Source: Felis catus (Eukaryota). From it: DNA of 64,000 bases. The notes under the pieces are model-generated. The model was given only the letters and a program-made list of their open reading frames with translations. It was not told where the DNA came from and did no database searches. The position numbers were made by a program, and so were the translations under genes. Below, piece after piece: positions 52,461 through 64,000 of this stretch (position 1 is its first letter; every line of letters starts with the position of its first letter). The stretch is taken from NCBI RefSeq assembly GCF_018350175.1, contig NC_058383.1, positions 14,758,001 through 14,822,000 on the forward strand, in the 5' to 3' direction.

Positions 52461-52941
52461 AACAGAAGCTATAACACCACATTTGTGGTGAGCACGGCCT
52501 ACCGTGTAGAAATGTCAAATCACTTTGTTGTAGGCCTGAAACTAATGTAACATTGTGTGTCAACTCTGGTCAGATAAAGAATTGTTGTTTTAATTTTTAA
52601 AAAGAGGTACAAATTTCCATTTATAAGATAAATAAGTACTAGGGATATAATGTATAACATAATAACTATAGTTAACTCTGCTGTATGGCGTATTTGAAAG
52701 TTATTAAGAGAGTAGATTCTGAGCATTCTCATCACGTGGAAAAATATTTTTCTTTTTTTGTATGGCAGATGTCAAACTTATTTTGGTAATTAATTCACGA
52801 CATATGTAAGCCAAATCATTGTGATGCATGTCTTTAATTGATACAGTGCTCTATGGCAATTATTTCTCAATAAAACTGGTCAATAAGAGAAAAAGAGAGA
52901 AGCTATAATAATGGTAAGAAGGTGCTTTTGAAGAAAGTTTT

Positions 52942-53146
52942 AGGGCACCTGGGTGGCTCAGTCGGTTAAGTGTCCGACTTCGGCTCAGGTCATGATCTCG
53001 GGGTTCGTGGATTCGAGCCCCATGACAGGCTCAGAGCCTGAAGCCTGCTTCAGATTCTGTGTCTCCCTTTCTCTCTGCTCCTCCCCGACTTGGGCTCTGT
53101 CTCTGTCTCTCAAAAATAAAATAAACATTAAAAAATTTAAAAAAGA
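52942..53146 (+). mobile_element. CanSINE
   Basis: Consensus with an internal deletion; TSD AGAAAGTTTTA. Confidence 0.9.
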
Positions 53147-56100
53147 GAAAGTTTTAAACAATTGTGCGTACAAGCCGATGCTCATAAGTCATTTTGAGGA
53201 CCTGGAAACTTCCTTAAGACAATATAAATTTTCAAAACAGACTAAGGAACAATCAAATGTTATAATCAAAGAAATACCTCAAAAAAAAAAAAAAGAAAGA
53301 AAAAGAAAAAACCCAAGCAGTTTTATGGACTAGCCTGCTCAGATTTAAGGTCTTAAATAAATCTATACCATATAGAACTTATTGCCAAAAACAACAACAA
53401 CAAAAAATGACTGAAACTGGACAAATTGATTTTATCATGCTAGAACAATTGTTTCAAAACCTAACAAAGACACTTATAGTTCTGTATAAACTATAGGCTG
53501 CTCTTATTGATAAATATGGATGAAGAAATCACAGTTGGTGTCAACTCAAATTTTAAAATTTCATTACAAAGTCAAATTACATTAAGAAAATGACCTACCA
53601 TGACAGCAAATGTTAATCTTAGGAGTGTAAACATTGTTTAATGTTGGGAACTTATTAATCATTATATCATGTCAATAAGCTAAACGTGAATACTCACGTG
53701 CTCCTATAATGAGAGATTCGAAGGACATTTGCTAAAAGCTATCATGTATCCATATTAAATAAACCGTTGGTAAGTAAGACACATCAACATCGAATCTCAC
53801 CCTCCTCATGTATAACTAATCGTCAGGTTTCAGTCAATATATGTGGGACTAAAATAGTGTCAGATGGGGCAAACAAAATTGCGGCAATGTGGAGACAGAG
53901 TCACATACAGAACGGAAGAAAATCAACTGAAAAGCAGGTGACCACTAACGAGAGAATCCAGTAAGGAAGCCAGATAAAAGTCAATATTCCAAAACCACAA
54001 TACTGGCAGAAAGTGGTGAGAGACATACAATGACAACATCAAACGCTTATTCAGAATAGCAAAAGTGGAAAAAAAAAACACAGTTGTACCTCAACAAGAA
54101 CATGTGGGGACTACGACCCAGAGCCCCAAGGGGCGGGAGCTCGGTGAGAAGGGCCCACGCACCAGTCGGCAGTGGCTGAGATCTCTTCTTTCCACCTCCC
54201 TGACCAAGTGACCCTCAGAAACTCTGTCTTATGGCAACAAGATCTCTGGAACTGTGGTCAGAAAGTGTCTCCAGCGAACACCGAATGATCCCACTTATAT
54301 GAGAAATCCAAGAGTCAGACTCATAGAAACAATAGAATGTGGTTGCCAAGGGCTGGGAGGAGGGGCAAGTGGGTAGGTCATGGTCAAAGGGTACAGTTTC
54401 AGTTATGCAAGATCCACAAGTTCTAGAGATCTACCACACAGCACGGTGCCGACAGCCAACAATATGGGATACTTAAAATTTGCTAAGAGGGTAGATCTTA
54501 AGTTATGCATTCTTAATCACACACACAAAACAGCCAACACTAGGTGTTTGGCCTCAGGAATTCGCATTTACCTCCAAACTCTGAGTTGTGTATATTACAT
54601 ATGGACAGTGTCTCCAGGGCACTGACCATGAAGCACAGGACCCCCGTTCTCTACAGAAGCCTGCCTTTGGGTGCCGCTTGTGGTGGGTTTTCCATGATCT
54701 GTCTGCCTGGCCCCGGGAGGTCCCCAGCAGCTTTCATGCCTGCCTTGTTCCTTTGTCTGCTTCTGGTGCACTTTCATGCAAGATTCTACCCTTCACAGAA
54801 TCAGCCAACCACTTTTCCTCTTCTCCAGTCCTCTCTGTATTTAGGTAATTGTGAATGAGAATTCTACACTTGCCCGAGAGTCTATAACGTCCTTATTATG
54901 GACACTGTTAGACCTCTGAGGTTAAGTCAATTGAGTAAAAGAAAATGATCTTGCATAAAACTTGGGAAATTTCTATTTGGCTATCAGAATTAAGTCACTG
55001 GTGCCAGGACTTTCCGGATAATGTGACCAGTGACGTTCTCTTCCTGCTGAAGTCACTTGTCAGCCCACCCCAGCCACAGACTCAAGAACCAGTCATGAAT
55101 TTACTTAGCAAGGGTTTGAAAAATTATTTTCAATTTTTTTTTTCCTGAGTATAAAAACGTGCTGGGGGTGGGCAACAGTCAGCCTTGAGTTTTGGGTGGG
55201 GGGCCACCATGCAGAGGCTTCCATGAGTTTTTCCTCCCAGGGGCTGGTGGCTGAAATTCTGATGATATGCCTTCATACTCTCGTATCAGTGTTGTGCCTT
55301 GTTCACCATGACAATGGGCACATGTGTTAGAAACTCCAATCATCTTCTTTTGCCATTGAGAACACTTGTTTTATAATACGATTTTGTTAACTTGAGGTCT
55401 TGGTGATTTCACTGACAAGTAACAGAACAGATCATACAGCCTAATGCAGAAACTTCAGGAAATAGAAACAAAGATAAAGAAAAAATTACATTCACCTTGA
55501 TTCCAAGCCATAATAACTAATATCGTCGGGAAGATTGCGTTTTCTCCAGTGTTTGTCCATGAATATAAATGGATGGCTAACAGATGTAGAAAAGCAATGT
55601 AATTATCCTGCATATGCAACCTCTACGGACTGTAACATGGAAATATTATTTCAAATAATTGTATAACGCTCCGTCTTTGTAAGCGCCTCTTCTACCTCTC
55701 CGACTAATTTCATACGACAGAGTCTTAGACATAGAATTATTTTTAATTATAGGGTTTCACGTTTGAAGAGTTGTAGCTAAGTATCACCAGAGAGTTTTCG
55801 GGCAAGTTGTACAATTTACATTTCTACCAGCAGCATACGAGCGTGTCCATTTCATCCAACTCTTGACTGCACTGGGTATTATCCTAGTTTTATTCTTTTC
55901 CAATCTGATAGGTGAAAGCTGTTGCCCAATTACTATTTTACTTTTCTCAGATTTCTAGTGAGGGTGAACTGCTTTGACCTGTATATTGAAAATACTGACC
56001 AGTTACTGCTCCTTATTCCATTGCTCTACCGTCAAGAGGTTTTCACATTGCTGTCGCAATGTGCTTCACATATTCTGTCAGTTACCATATCTTTTCCTTT

Positions 56101-56364
56101 TTTCGTTTTTCAATATTCTTTCAAATTAAAATTTTAAATTTTTAAATATTAAATTTAATACTTAATATTAAATTTAAAATTTTAAATTTGTAAATATTCT
56201 TTCAAATTTTAATTTTTTAATATTTTTAAATTTTTAAATATGCAATTTAATATTTAATATTAAATTTAAACATTTAAATTTTTAAATATTCTTTCAAATT
56301 TAGTAGTTGAATACTTTTATTTACGATTCTTCCATTGGTTTAATGCTTAGAAAGGCATGTCCTG

Positions 56365-56598
56365 GAGGCACCTGGGTGTTTCAATCGGTTAAACGTCCCA
56401 CTTCGGCTTAGGTCGTGATCTCGCAGTTCATGAGTTCGAGCCCCACGTCGGGCTCTGTGCTGACAGCTCAGAGCCTGGAGCCTGCTTCGGATTCTGTGTC
56501 ATCCTGCCTCTCTGCCCCTCCCCTGCTCATGCTCTGTCTCTCTCTCAAAAATAAATAAACACTCTGTCTGTCTCTCAAAAATAAACATTAAAAAAAAA
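56365..56598 (+). mobile_element. CanSINE with duplicated 3' segment
   Basis: Full consensus; CTCTGTCT.TCTCTCAAAAATAAA occurs twice; TSD AAAGGCATGTCCT. Confidence 0.92.
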
Positions 56599-56803
56599 GG
56601 CATGTCCTACTAGAAAACTAGTTACTATTGACATGTAATTTCTCCACCTATTAAAACAGCTGAAACTTACAGACTAACAACCAATTACATTTATAAATAT
56701 GGATAAATAAAAGAAAACCCCAAACTACCAAGGTCTGACTCAGACCAGTAAGCTGGACCAGATGCCTGTCCCACACACCCGGCTCCCCCAAATCTCAGTG
56801 GCT

Positions 56804-57012
56804 CAGTGTTTTTCAAATCTGAGCGAGCATCAGGGTCACCTGAAGGGTTTACTGAAACCCAGGCTGCTGGACGCCCTCCCCCTGCCCCCCTGCACCCGCA
56901 CCCGCGTTTCTGATTCAGTGTTTCTGGGGTGGGGCCCAGGCATTCGAATTTCTAACAAGCCCCAGGTGATGCCTGTGTTGCCGGTTCGGGAACCACACTT
57001 CAAGACCCACTG
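56804..57012. mobile_element. MER5A-like hAT-Charlie DNA transposon
   Basis: TIRs CAGTGTTTTTCAAA / CAAGACCCACTG and core GTTTCTGATTCAGT...GGGGTGGGGCCC...TTTCTAACAAG. Confidence 0.85.
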
Positions 57013-59162
57013 CTGATGCTACTGCTTTCCATACTCCACACTTCACAAGTCAAATCGCTTTGGGGATTCAGGCACTTGCTGTCAATCTAACAGGCCTCGT
57101 GATGGGCATCGCTCCTGAAAGCTGTTGTGGTTCTGTTCAATGATGAAGATCTGGGGAGCAGCAGTTTTGGATCTGATAGAGTGGCAAGTTGACAAAATAT
57201 TGGGGAAAGAAGGAGACTGTTGGTGCCAGGTTTGACGCGAGCAAAGACTCCGCTTGCTGGAACGCAATTTATCCTTAACGTTAAAAAAGGAAAGATCTTG
57301 GTGTTTTCTAAGTCATGGCCCCATGTAACAAATGCCTCACGGGATCAGCTATGATTTCCCCTGTTTTTCTGTTTGCTTGCCCTGCAAGTATTACCAACGG
57401 TCCACCTCACGGGACTGATAATCTCCAGTGTTAAGGATGAAAACGATGTAGGTATTTAACAGATTCTTGACTAGCTAGGAACCACATTTTCTTTCCTTTG
57501 TTTTCCTTTTTTCTGATTGCACAATTCATGCAGGCCCACTGTTGAGATTTTTGGAAAGCACAGAAAGATGGGATCACTCATCATCCTACCACACATGACA
57601 AATCGCTGTGAATGTTCTGATGTATTTCTTTCCCGTACTTTTATGCACAACAGATCTGGATCATAATGTAGCTCTACATAGCGCTTTCTTCATAGGTCGT
57701 GAGCATAGAACATCAAGTGCTCTCAACTGCCTGTGAGTCAAGAATTGTAAGCACAGCTCCTTGCTTGTCTTAGCCACGGCCCTGGGGCCGGCACATAAAC
57801 GTCCCCAGCAAAAGCCTGGGGCCTGGGCTGGAGAGGACTGGCCTCTGCATCAGAGCATAGGTCAGCGACCAGGACTTCAGGGCCATAGCGGAAACGGAGA
57901 GCCGGGGAAGACAGGAGACCAGAGAAAGGATTCGGAATGGAGGGACAGAGGCCAAGCCTGGAGAGATTCCTGGGGAGCAGCTGCAGGTACTTTACTACAT
58001 CTGTTGTGTATTATTCTACCAGATGGGGAGGAGTGGACAGCTAGAAAGGAAGCCGAACAGGCCTCAGGTTGGAGAAGCTGGCGTGGCAGCCGCTGATCTG
58101 GACCCTATCTGGGAATGGGTGTCCCATGCACCTTTATGTTAGGGTAACTTACAGTGTCCTGAACATTGGACACAGCTGTGAGTTTCACAGAAGTGGTGGC
58201 TGGACCCTGGGGCCGGGAGAGCTAGTTGATTTCCTATGATCCTTGCCATGATCCTCGCCATCGTATGCTTTCTGCAAACTCACTGCAGAACAGTTCTGCA
58301 CAGCACCGGCGGTCAAGGGGGGAGAAAAAGGTAAAGGGCTGCCTTTAGTGACTCAGGAGTGGGGCTCTGTCCCCTGCCACCAGGCCTGTATTGAAGACTC
58401 CTCTTCTCGGGTACAAGTGGAGTCATGTTTGAGGACCCCACTTCCCGGCAGGTGCCATCCACCCGAAACACTGAGCAATGAAAACCATCCCCGGTCCCGA
58501 GTCCCAGCACCTTTCAGCCCCACCCCTCCCTCCTCTCCACTGTCAGCACCCACCAAGTCCTAACGCTGACTTCAAACACCATTTCGCGTTTCCTCCCCAA
58601 GTAAATCACTGCAGGAACAGCAAACACACAGAACCCTGATGAATGAAGGGTAAGAACACAATAAACATTTCCACCAGTTATTATCTACTTAAGAGAGAGG
58701 CTCTGACCTGGCTGCCAAGAAACCTGTGAGCCTCATACCCAGAAGGCTGAGGACCCTGGAAAGGCAGAGATGCTGGGGTATGGCTCTCAGACCGTCCTCC
58801 TTGGGAAGGAGGCTGTGTTAGTAGCCAATTACATCCCCCTTCACGGATACCAATTTCCTGCAAGGAGCCAGGGGCTCATAACTTTTGGGATGAGTACCAA
58901 CGGATAAATAGCTGTTGCTGCAGAATCCCAGCTGATTTTATGTTACTCTTGGCACTGTGGGCTAGGACGGTGAGGAAGGAGCCCAGGAGGATGGATTTAA
59001 TTAGCAAGACGAGCCTAGTGCCTGCTACAATCGCTTCTCAGAACGCAGAGCCATGGTCACAGTTTTCCCCTGGGGTAGGAAGAAACCAAAGCCTAGGGAA
59101 GATGAAAGGCCATGGTGGCAATGTCGGATCAGAAGATAAGCCAATTACAGAATCTTTACCCT

Positions 59163-59706
59163 TGGTGGTAGCCAGTCTCCAAGATGCCCCCCCCCACCGC
59201 CACCGACAGCAACCATGGCCTCTGGGTATTCGCCAAGTGTTCCACTCCCACAGTGACTAGGGATGCGCTGTGTAACCAAGATATTGGGGTCTGGACATTC
59301 CAGAAACAATGGAGTTTGACTTCCAAGAGTAGGTCATAAATGACACCGTCGCCTCTGCCTTATACTCTCTTGGGTCATTTGTTTGGAGGGAAGCCAGCTG
59401 CCGTATCATGAAGACACTCAGGCAGCACTCTGGAGAGGTCCAGGCCTCCTCCCGACACCCACCGTCACCTTGCCACCCACATGGCTGAGCCACCTTGAAG
59501 CACTTCCGCCAGCCCCGGTCAAGCCTTCGAATGATCACGGCGCCAGCCGGCATGTTGACCGCAACCGCGGGAGACGCTGAGCTGGAACCACTCTTGCCGA
59601 TTCCCAACCCTCAGAAACCATGTGAGATTGTATACGTGTACTGTTGTTTTGTGTCACAATCTCTGGTGTCACCATCTACATTTTGTAGCAAATAGATCAC
59701 TCATAC
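59163..59706 (+). mobile_element. MaLR solo LTR (MLT1E/F-like)
   Basis: TGGTAGCCAGTCTCCAAGATG...GGGAAGCCAGCTGCC...CAGCCCCGGTCAAGCCTTC...ATAGATCACTCATAC. Confidence 0.75.
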
Positions 59707-59782
59707 GCCCCTGCCAAGTGTACCATCCTGTTTCCACAAGAAGCTGACTTTGTCCCTGGTGGGAAGCCTTGTCAGAGTGTCT

Positions 59783-60003
59783 TTTTTTTTTAATTTTTTT
59801 TTAACGTTTATTTATTTTTGAGACAGAGAGAGACAGAACATGAACAGGGGAGGGTCAGAGAGAGGGAGACACAGAATCCGAAACAGGCTCCGGGCTCTGA
59901 GCTGTCAGCCCAGAGCCCGACGCGGGGCTCGAACTCACGGACCACGAGATCATGACCTGAGCCGAAGTCGGCCGCTTAACCGACTGAGCCACCCAGGCGC
60001 CCC
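59783..60003 (-). mobile_element. Young CanSINE (CpG-rich)
   Basis: Near-consensus with retained CpGs; TSD CAGAGTGTCTT. Confidence 0.94.
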
Positions 60004-62774
60004 CAGAGTGTCTTAAGTAAACGAACTTCTCTGTGCTAGAGTGTCTCCACCTCCTGATATCAATATCCCCTGCCAGAGGCGGAAAGCTGCCGTTCCGGTA
60101 CTCTTCGACATCCGCCTCAAACACTGTAGCAAAGTAAACACATGCTTATACACACGCATATGCAAACGTTCACACGCACAGAGCTTTCTTTTAAGCCTGA
60201 AAAAATCACTCAAGCACTGGGAAAATGAACGTTTTTCCAGGAAGGACCGGATGCTCTAGATGTTTTAAGTACCATTTATTCATGCTGTCTCTGCATAGAC
60301 AGATGGAGGGGGGCAGTGTGGGAGGGTACAGCTGACTACTGAGAATTGATAGAGGTCTCTGTTCTCCTTTGCTAGTCACAAAATTCTGAGCTGTGTGAGG
60401 ACCAGCAGGTGAGGAAAGCCACTGTCACTGAGCCCGTGCATTCCTGCATTCGTTTAAATATTTCAGAATGGAATTTCTCCCCCTTTACACACTTTTCCCC
60501 ACCCTGTTTATCTCCCTGGGTGAGGAGGAGGGTCTTTAAGAAGACAAAAACACGGAGACTTTGTGAGCATAATGGCATGTCCGGATTATGGTAGAGGCAG
60601 TCAAGATACAGAGGGAAATATTGCCTTGCTGTGTAGACGCTCTACTATGAAGAACCTGGGAGATACGAGGCCTCTACTTAAGGTGCAGATTAAGAACCTA
60701 GAGCTCCTTGCCCTCCAGAATGGAGGTCAGGAAGGATGCTCAGAGCCTAGAAGGCTACCGGGGGCCACGAAGGCAGAGGCAAAGGGTAGAGAGAGCACTC
60801 AGAGTGGGGAACAAAGCAGAGCAGAGAAGAAGGGAAATCAGGCAGAGAAGGGGAATGTTCGTCCAGAGCGAATCTGCAGGGGCTGAAACACGGCCTGCTG
60901 GGAAACCATGTTCCCCCACCTTCTTAACCAGGTATTCATTTTTTTATTTCTGTCAAGGGCCTCTACCTGTCTGTCCTTCCAAGTGTTGAGTCATATCTGA
61001 AGGCTTACATCAGCAGTGAAATATTCTCACCACATGGCAAGTAGAACCATGGAGGTCCTTCTCTAGGGAGAGTCAGCACTGATCATAACCACAGGCTGGG
61101 GAGTCAATGTGGGGATGCAGTTCTCGTGCCTCACTCCCCTGGATGTCCTCCAGAACCAGGTCCTGTCTCTGTGCTCATCTTCATTTGTGCAACCTCTCTT
61201 GGTGAGCTCATCCTTGCCTATGATTTCACCCACCAGCTCTGATGAATAACAAATCCAGCTCCTCGTCTGCCATCCATCCCCGACCGTAGCTCCGTGTGGA
61301 CCTGCCCCCCTCTCTTGGTTGTCTGACCCTCCTTGCGCTCAACAGGTCCAGCTGAGAATTCAATTCCACACAAAGACTTCTTTTCTCCATGACCTTATCC
61401 CTGACCTTGGGATCATCTCAAGACTTCTCTTTGCTCGGGTCCCAAAGCCATTCTGCCGGCGGGGCCTGAGGTCTTTCCCTTCAAACTATACCTTCGTTAT
61501 GGACAATGACTATCCTAGGCTCACTGCCTCCACTCTAATCAAACGCATCGTGACCAGCCTGGAATGCTCTTTTTACTTCTTTGTCTCTTACGCCCTGCCA
61601 CATTCCAAAGTTTCCATTTCCTAAAGCCTTAACTGACCCCTCAAGACCACATCTGTCTCCTTTCTAGAACTTCTATTCATCCTGTTCAAAAATTGGTTAT
61701 TGAAGGTCTACGGTCTACAATGTGTGAGGGGCTGAGGGCACGAAGACTGAAGTACCAGGCTTCAAGGAGATTAGCCTAGTAACCATCACACCAAACATCT
61801 CTCCTTTGTTTTCTCTCTCTTCATTGTGTTTCCCCAGCCAAATTCTTAAAGATCCAGGACTAGGTCTTAAATGTCTTTTGTGAACCCCACGGTGACAGAC
61901 TATAGGGCATAACATATTCATATCAAGCGCTTGTTCATTATATGCAAGACGGGTGGCAGAAAAAGACAAGAGATACATGTCGACTGCAGTGTTTTCCTAG
62001 ATTAGAGAATTATCTCTGGTTAAGACAAAAAAGCACATCAAGAAATTAAAGAAACCAGACTGTACTGGAGTAGTGTTTTACAAGTCTAACCACCAATTCA
62101 ATGTCATTTGACAAATTATTTGATTCAGAGCTTAGTAGTAGTTGAGAACCCCTTCCCAAATTCCATAATCATGAACCGATCGTCACATATTATGATTAAA
62201 GAACTAATACGAAAATGATTTGTAGCATTTTAATAATTTAAAGGCAGATGTTTGAAATGTCCCAAGAGATGTTACAAGATAGAAGTAAGAGCAAATTGAG
62301 AAGCAGCGAACACAAATTCTCAGATGAAATCACTCTGTGCTAGTAAGGACAAGGGAACTGATAGGATCTAAACACATGAGGCAATCCTGCCAACCACTCT
62401 GCAAGGTCCCTTGGAACCAGAGACAACACAGGGCTCAGGCAATACCAATGATGTCCTTTCTATGTGCCCCCAGGAAAAAAATTTTTTGTGAATCACAAGT
62501 GGAGGAATATCATTTCCCCCAAATGTCAAACCGTTTCTAAGAAAAAAATTGGGAGATATTTCACTCGTCTAAATTTTAAGTGAGTATAGTTTTGATTCTT
62601 TGGGGACTGGTATGGACCTCTACTTAGACATCCAGTCCAAGGAACACACGCCACTCCACCCCAGAAGAGATCTTCACATGCTGAACAGAAGCTCAAGGAT
62701 TCAGATTCAAAAGTCAGTCCCCGGCACATGTTTACTGTCAAATTTCATCTTTAAAAAAAAAAATGCGTACTCAC

Positions 62775-62887
62775 CTGCCAGAATATGCTGTCTATTGTGT
62801 TTCCGAGAAAACCATCGCGACCTTCGGAAGACACGAGCTTGGGGCCAAGAATTGTCATGAATTCATCAAAGTCCACCTGGCCATCCC
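62775..62887 (-). CDS. CALN1: Internal coding exon of calneuron-1 (CaBP8): second half of the EF-hand 2 loop and following region
   Basis: Minus-strand translation (G)DGQVDFDEFMTILGPKLVSSEGRDGFLGNTIDSIFWQ matches the CALN1 protein as I recall it. Flanked by acceptor TTTCTCCTTCCAG (AG at 62889-62888) and donor CAG|GTGAGT (GT at 62774-62773). 113 bp, phase 1 to phase 0. Confidence 0.95.
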
Positions 62888-63330
62888 CTGGAAGGAGAAA
62901 ATAGAAATATGAGTTGAAAAGTAGTTGAAACTGACCTACTGTCCCCAATGAAATAAACATCGCCATGCTTTTCTTCTTGGCATGACCTCAGCCAATGAAG
63001 AGTTGAGAGCATTACTGAAAATTGTCCAGCTGTACATGATAGAAATTTCAGCTTTATCCTCATCACCCACATATAAATTTAGAGATCAAGCCTTTCCCTT
63101 CTTCCATACCTGTGCCTGCGCGATCTTCCTTGTCCATTCAATCGCCAGTCCCCTTCTGAAGATTGTGGTAGGAAAACGTTTCCAAGAATTAACGTTCCCA
63201 GTTATAATTATGTTACTACTGAGATGGCTGTCCGCCCTCACACTCTTACCGCCACACCGTCTCCCATACAGTTCTGAGTTTACACCCCCTCAAAGCATAA
63301 ATGATCATGCTTTTTAAACATCAGTGGCAT

Positions 63331-63551
63331 CTTTTTTTTTTAAACATTTATTTATTTTTGAGACAGAGAGAAAGAAAGACAGAATGTGAGGGAGGGAGGG
63401 GCACAGAAAGAGGGAGACACAGAATCTGAAGCCGACTCCAGGCTCTGAGCTGTCAGCACAGAGCCTGACGTGGGGCTCGAACTCACAAACCATGAGATCA
63501 TGACCCGAGCCGAAGTTGGATGTTTAACCGACTGAGGCACCCAGGCACCCC
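63331..63551 (-). mobile_element. CanSINE
   Basis: Full consensus; TSD CATCAGTGG. Confidence 0.92.
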
Positions 63552-64000
63552 AGCATCAGTGGTTTCCTTATCTTTGGCAAAGAACACAGTATGGCATTCA
63601 GGTCCCACTATCCCTTTCGCTGCCTTTTGTTCCCCACCCCTACACAAAATGCCATGCTCTCTCAGAACTTCATGCCCCTGTACATGCTGTTCCCTCTACC
63701 CAGGATGCCGTCTCCCCACTGGTCTACCTGATGAACATCATCAACTCATTCTCTAAGACGGAGCTTAAATATCAGGTTCTCTTTTTGTTTTTCTTTCTGA
63801 CCCTCATCTCACTGGACAGAGTTGGCCAAACTCGATCTATCATAGGCCCTATCAGTCCATGTCCCAGTCACTGGTTTGCATACCTATTTCCCACCTGCCA
63901 TCGTGAGCTCTGCAAGGTCACGGACCCAGTCTGAAACTTCTTTGCATATTCCACATGATGGCGGGTACTCAGTATGTACTTACAGAGTGAATGAATATCT

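Larger units (their letters stand above)
1..62774 (-). other. CALN1: Probable long intron of CALN1 downstream of the exon above
   Basis: Canonical donor at 62774. The next expected CALN1 peptide (FDMQRITLEELKHIL...) was not seen by eye or in the ORF track. CALN1 is known to have very large introns. Confidence 0.75.

Noticed and set aside
62751..62966. 71-aa ORF as a standalone gene
   Set aside because: Only 62775-62887 is CALN1 exon; the flanking residues are translated intron.

Overview
This is mammalian genomic DNA, very probably from a felid, judged from about 29 felid-type CanSINE/SINEC_Fc copies. The only host coding sequence I can support is one 113-bp internal exon of CALN1 (calneuron-1/CaBP8) on the minus strand at 62775-62887. 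No further CALN1 exon is recognisable, so 1-62774 is most likely part of one very long CALN1 intron. The main feature is a ~6.0-kb defective gammaretroviral provirus (28565-34582, + strand, antisense to CALN1). It has two LTRs, a tRNA-Pro-like PBS, a polypurine tract, decayed gag-pro-pol and a short env stub. Its notable details are an AUG-initiated glyco-Gag-like leader, a Gag/Pol readthrough codon reading CAG instead of TAG, three internal deletions, near-total env loss that leaves a signal-peptide-bearing mini-ORF, and a CCAAT unit present twice in the 3' LTR but once in the 5' LTR. The rest is SINEs, L1/L2/MIR fragments, MaLR/ERVL LTR relics, a MER5A-like element and microsatellites. Most ORFs in the supplied track are repeat-derived noise. 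I found no convincing evidence of a new biological system. Repeat family names and most repeat boundaries were assigned by eye and are approximate.
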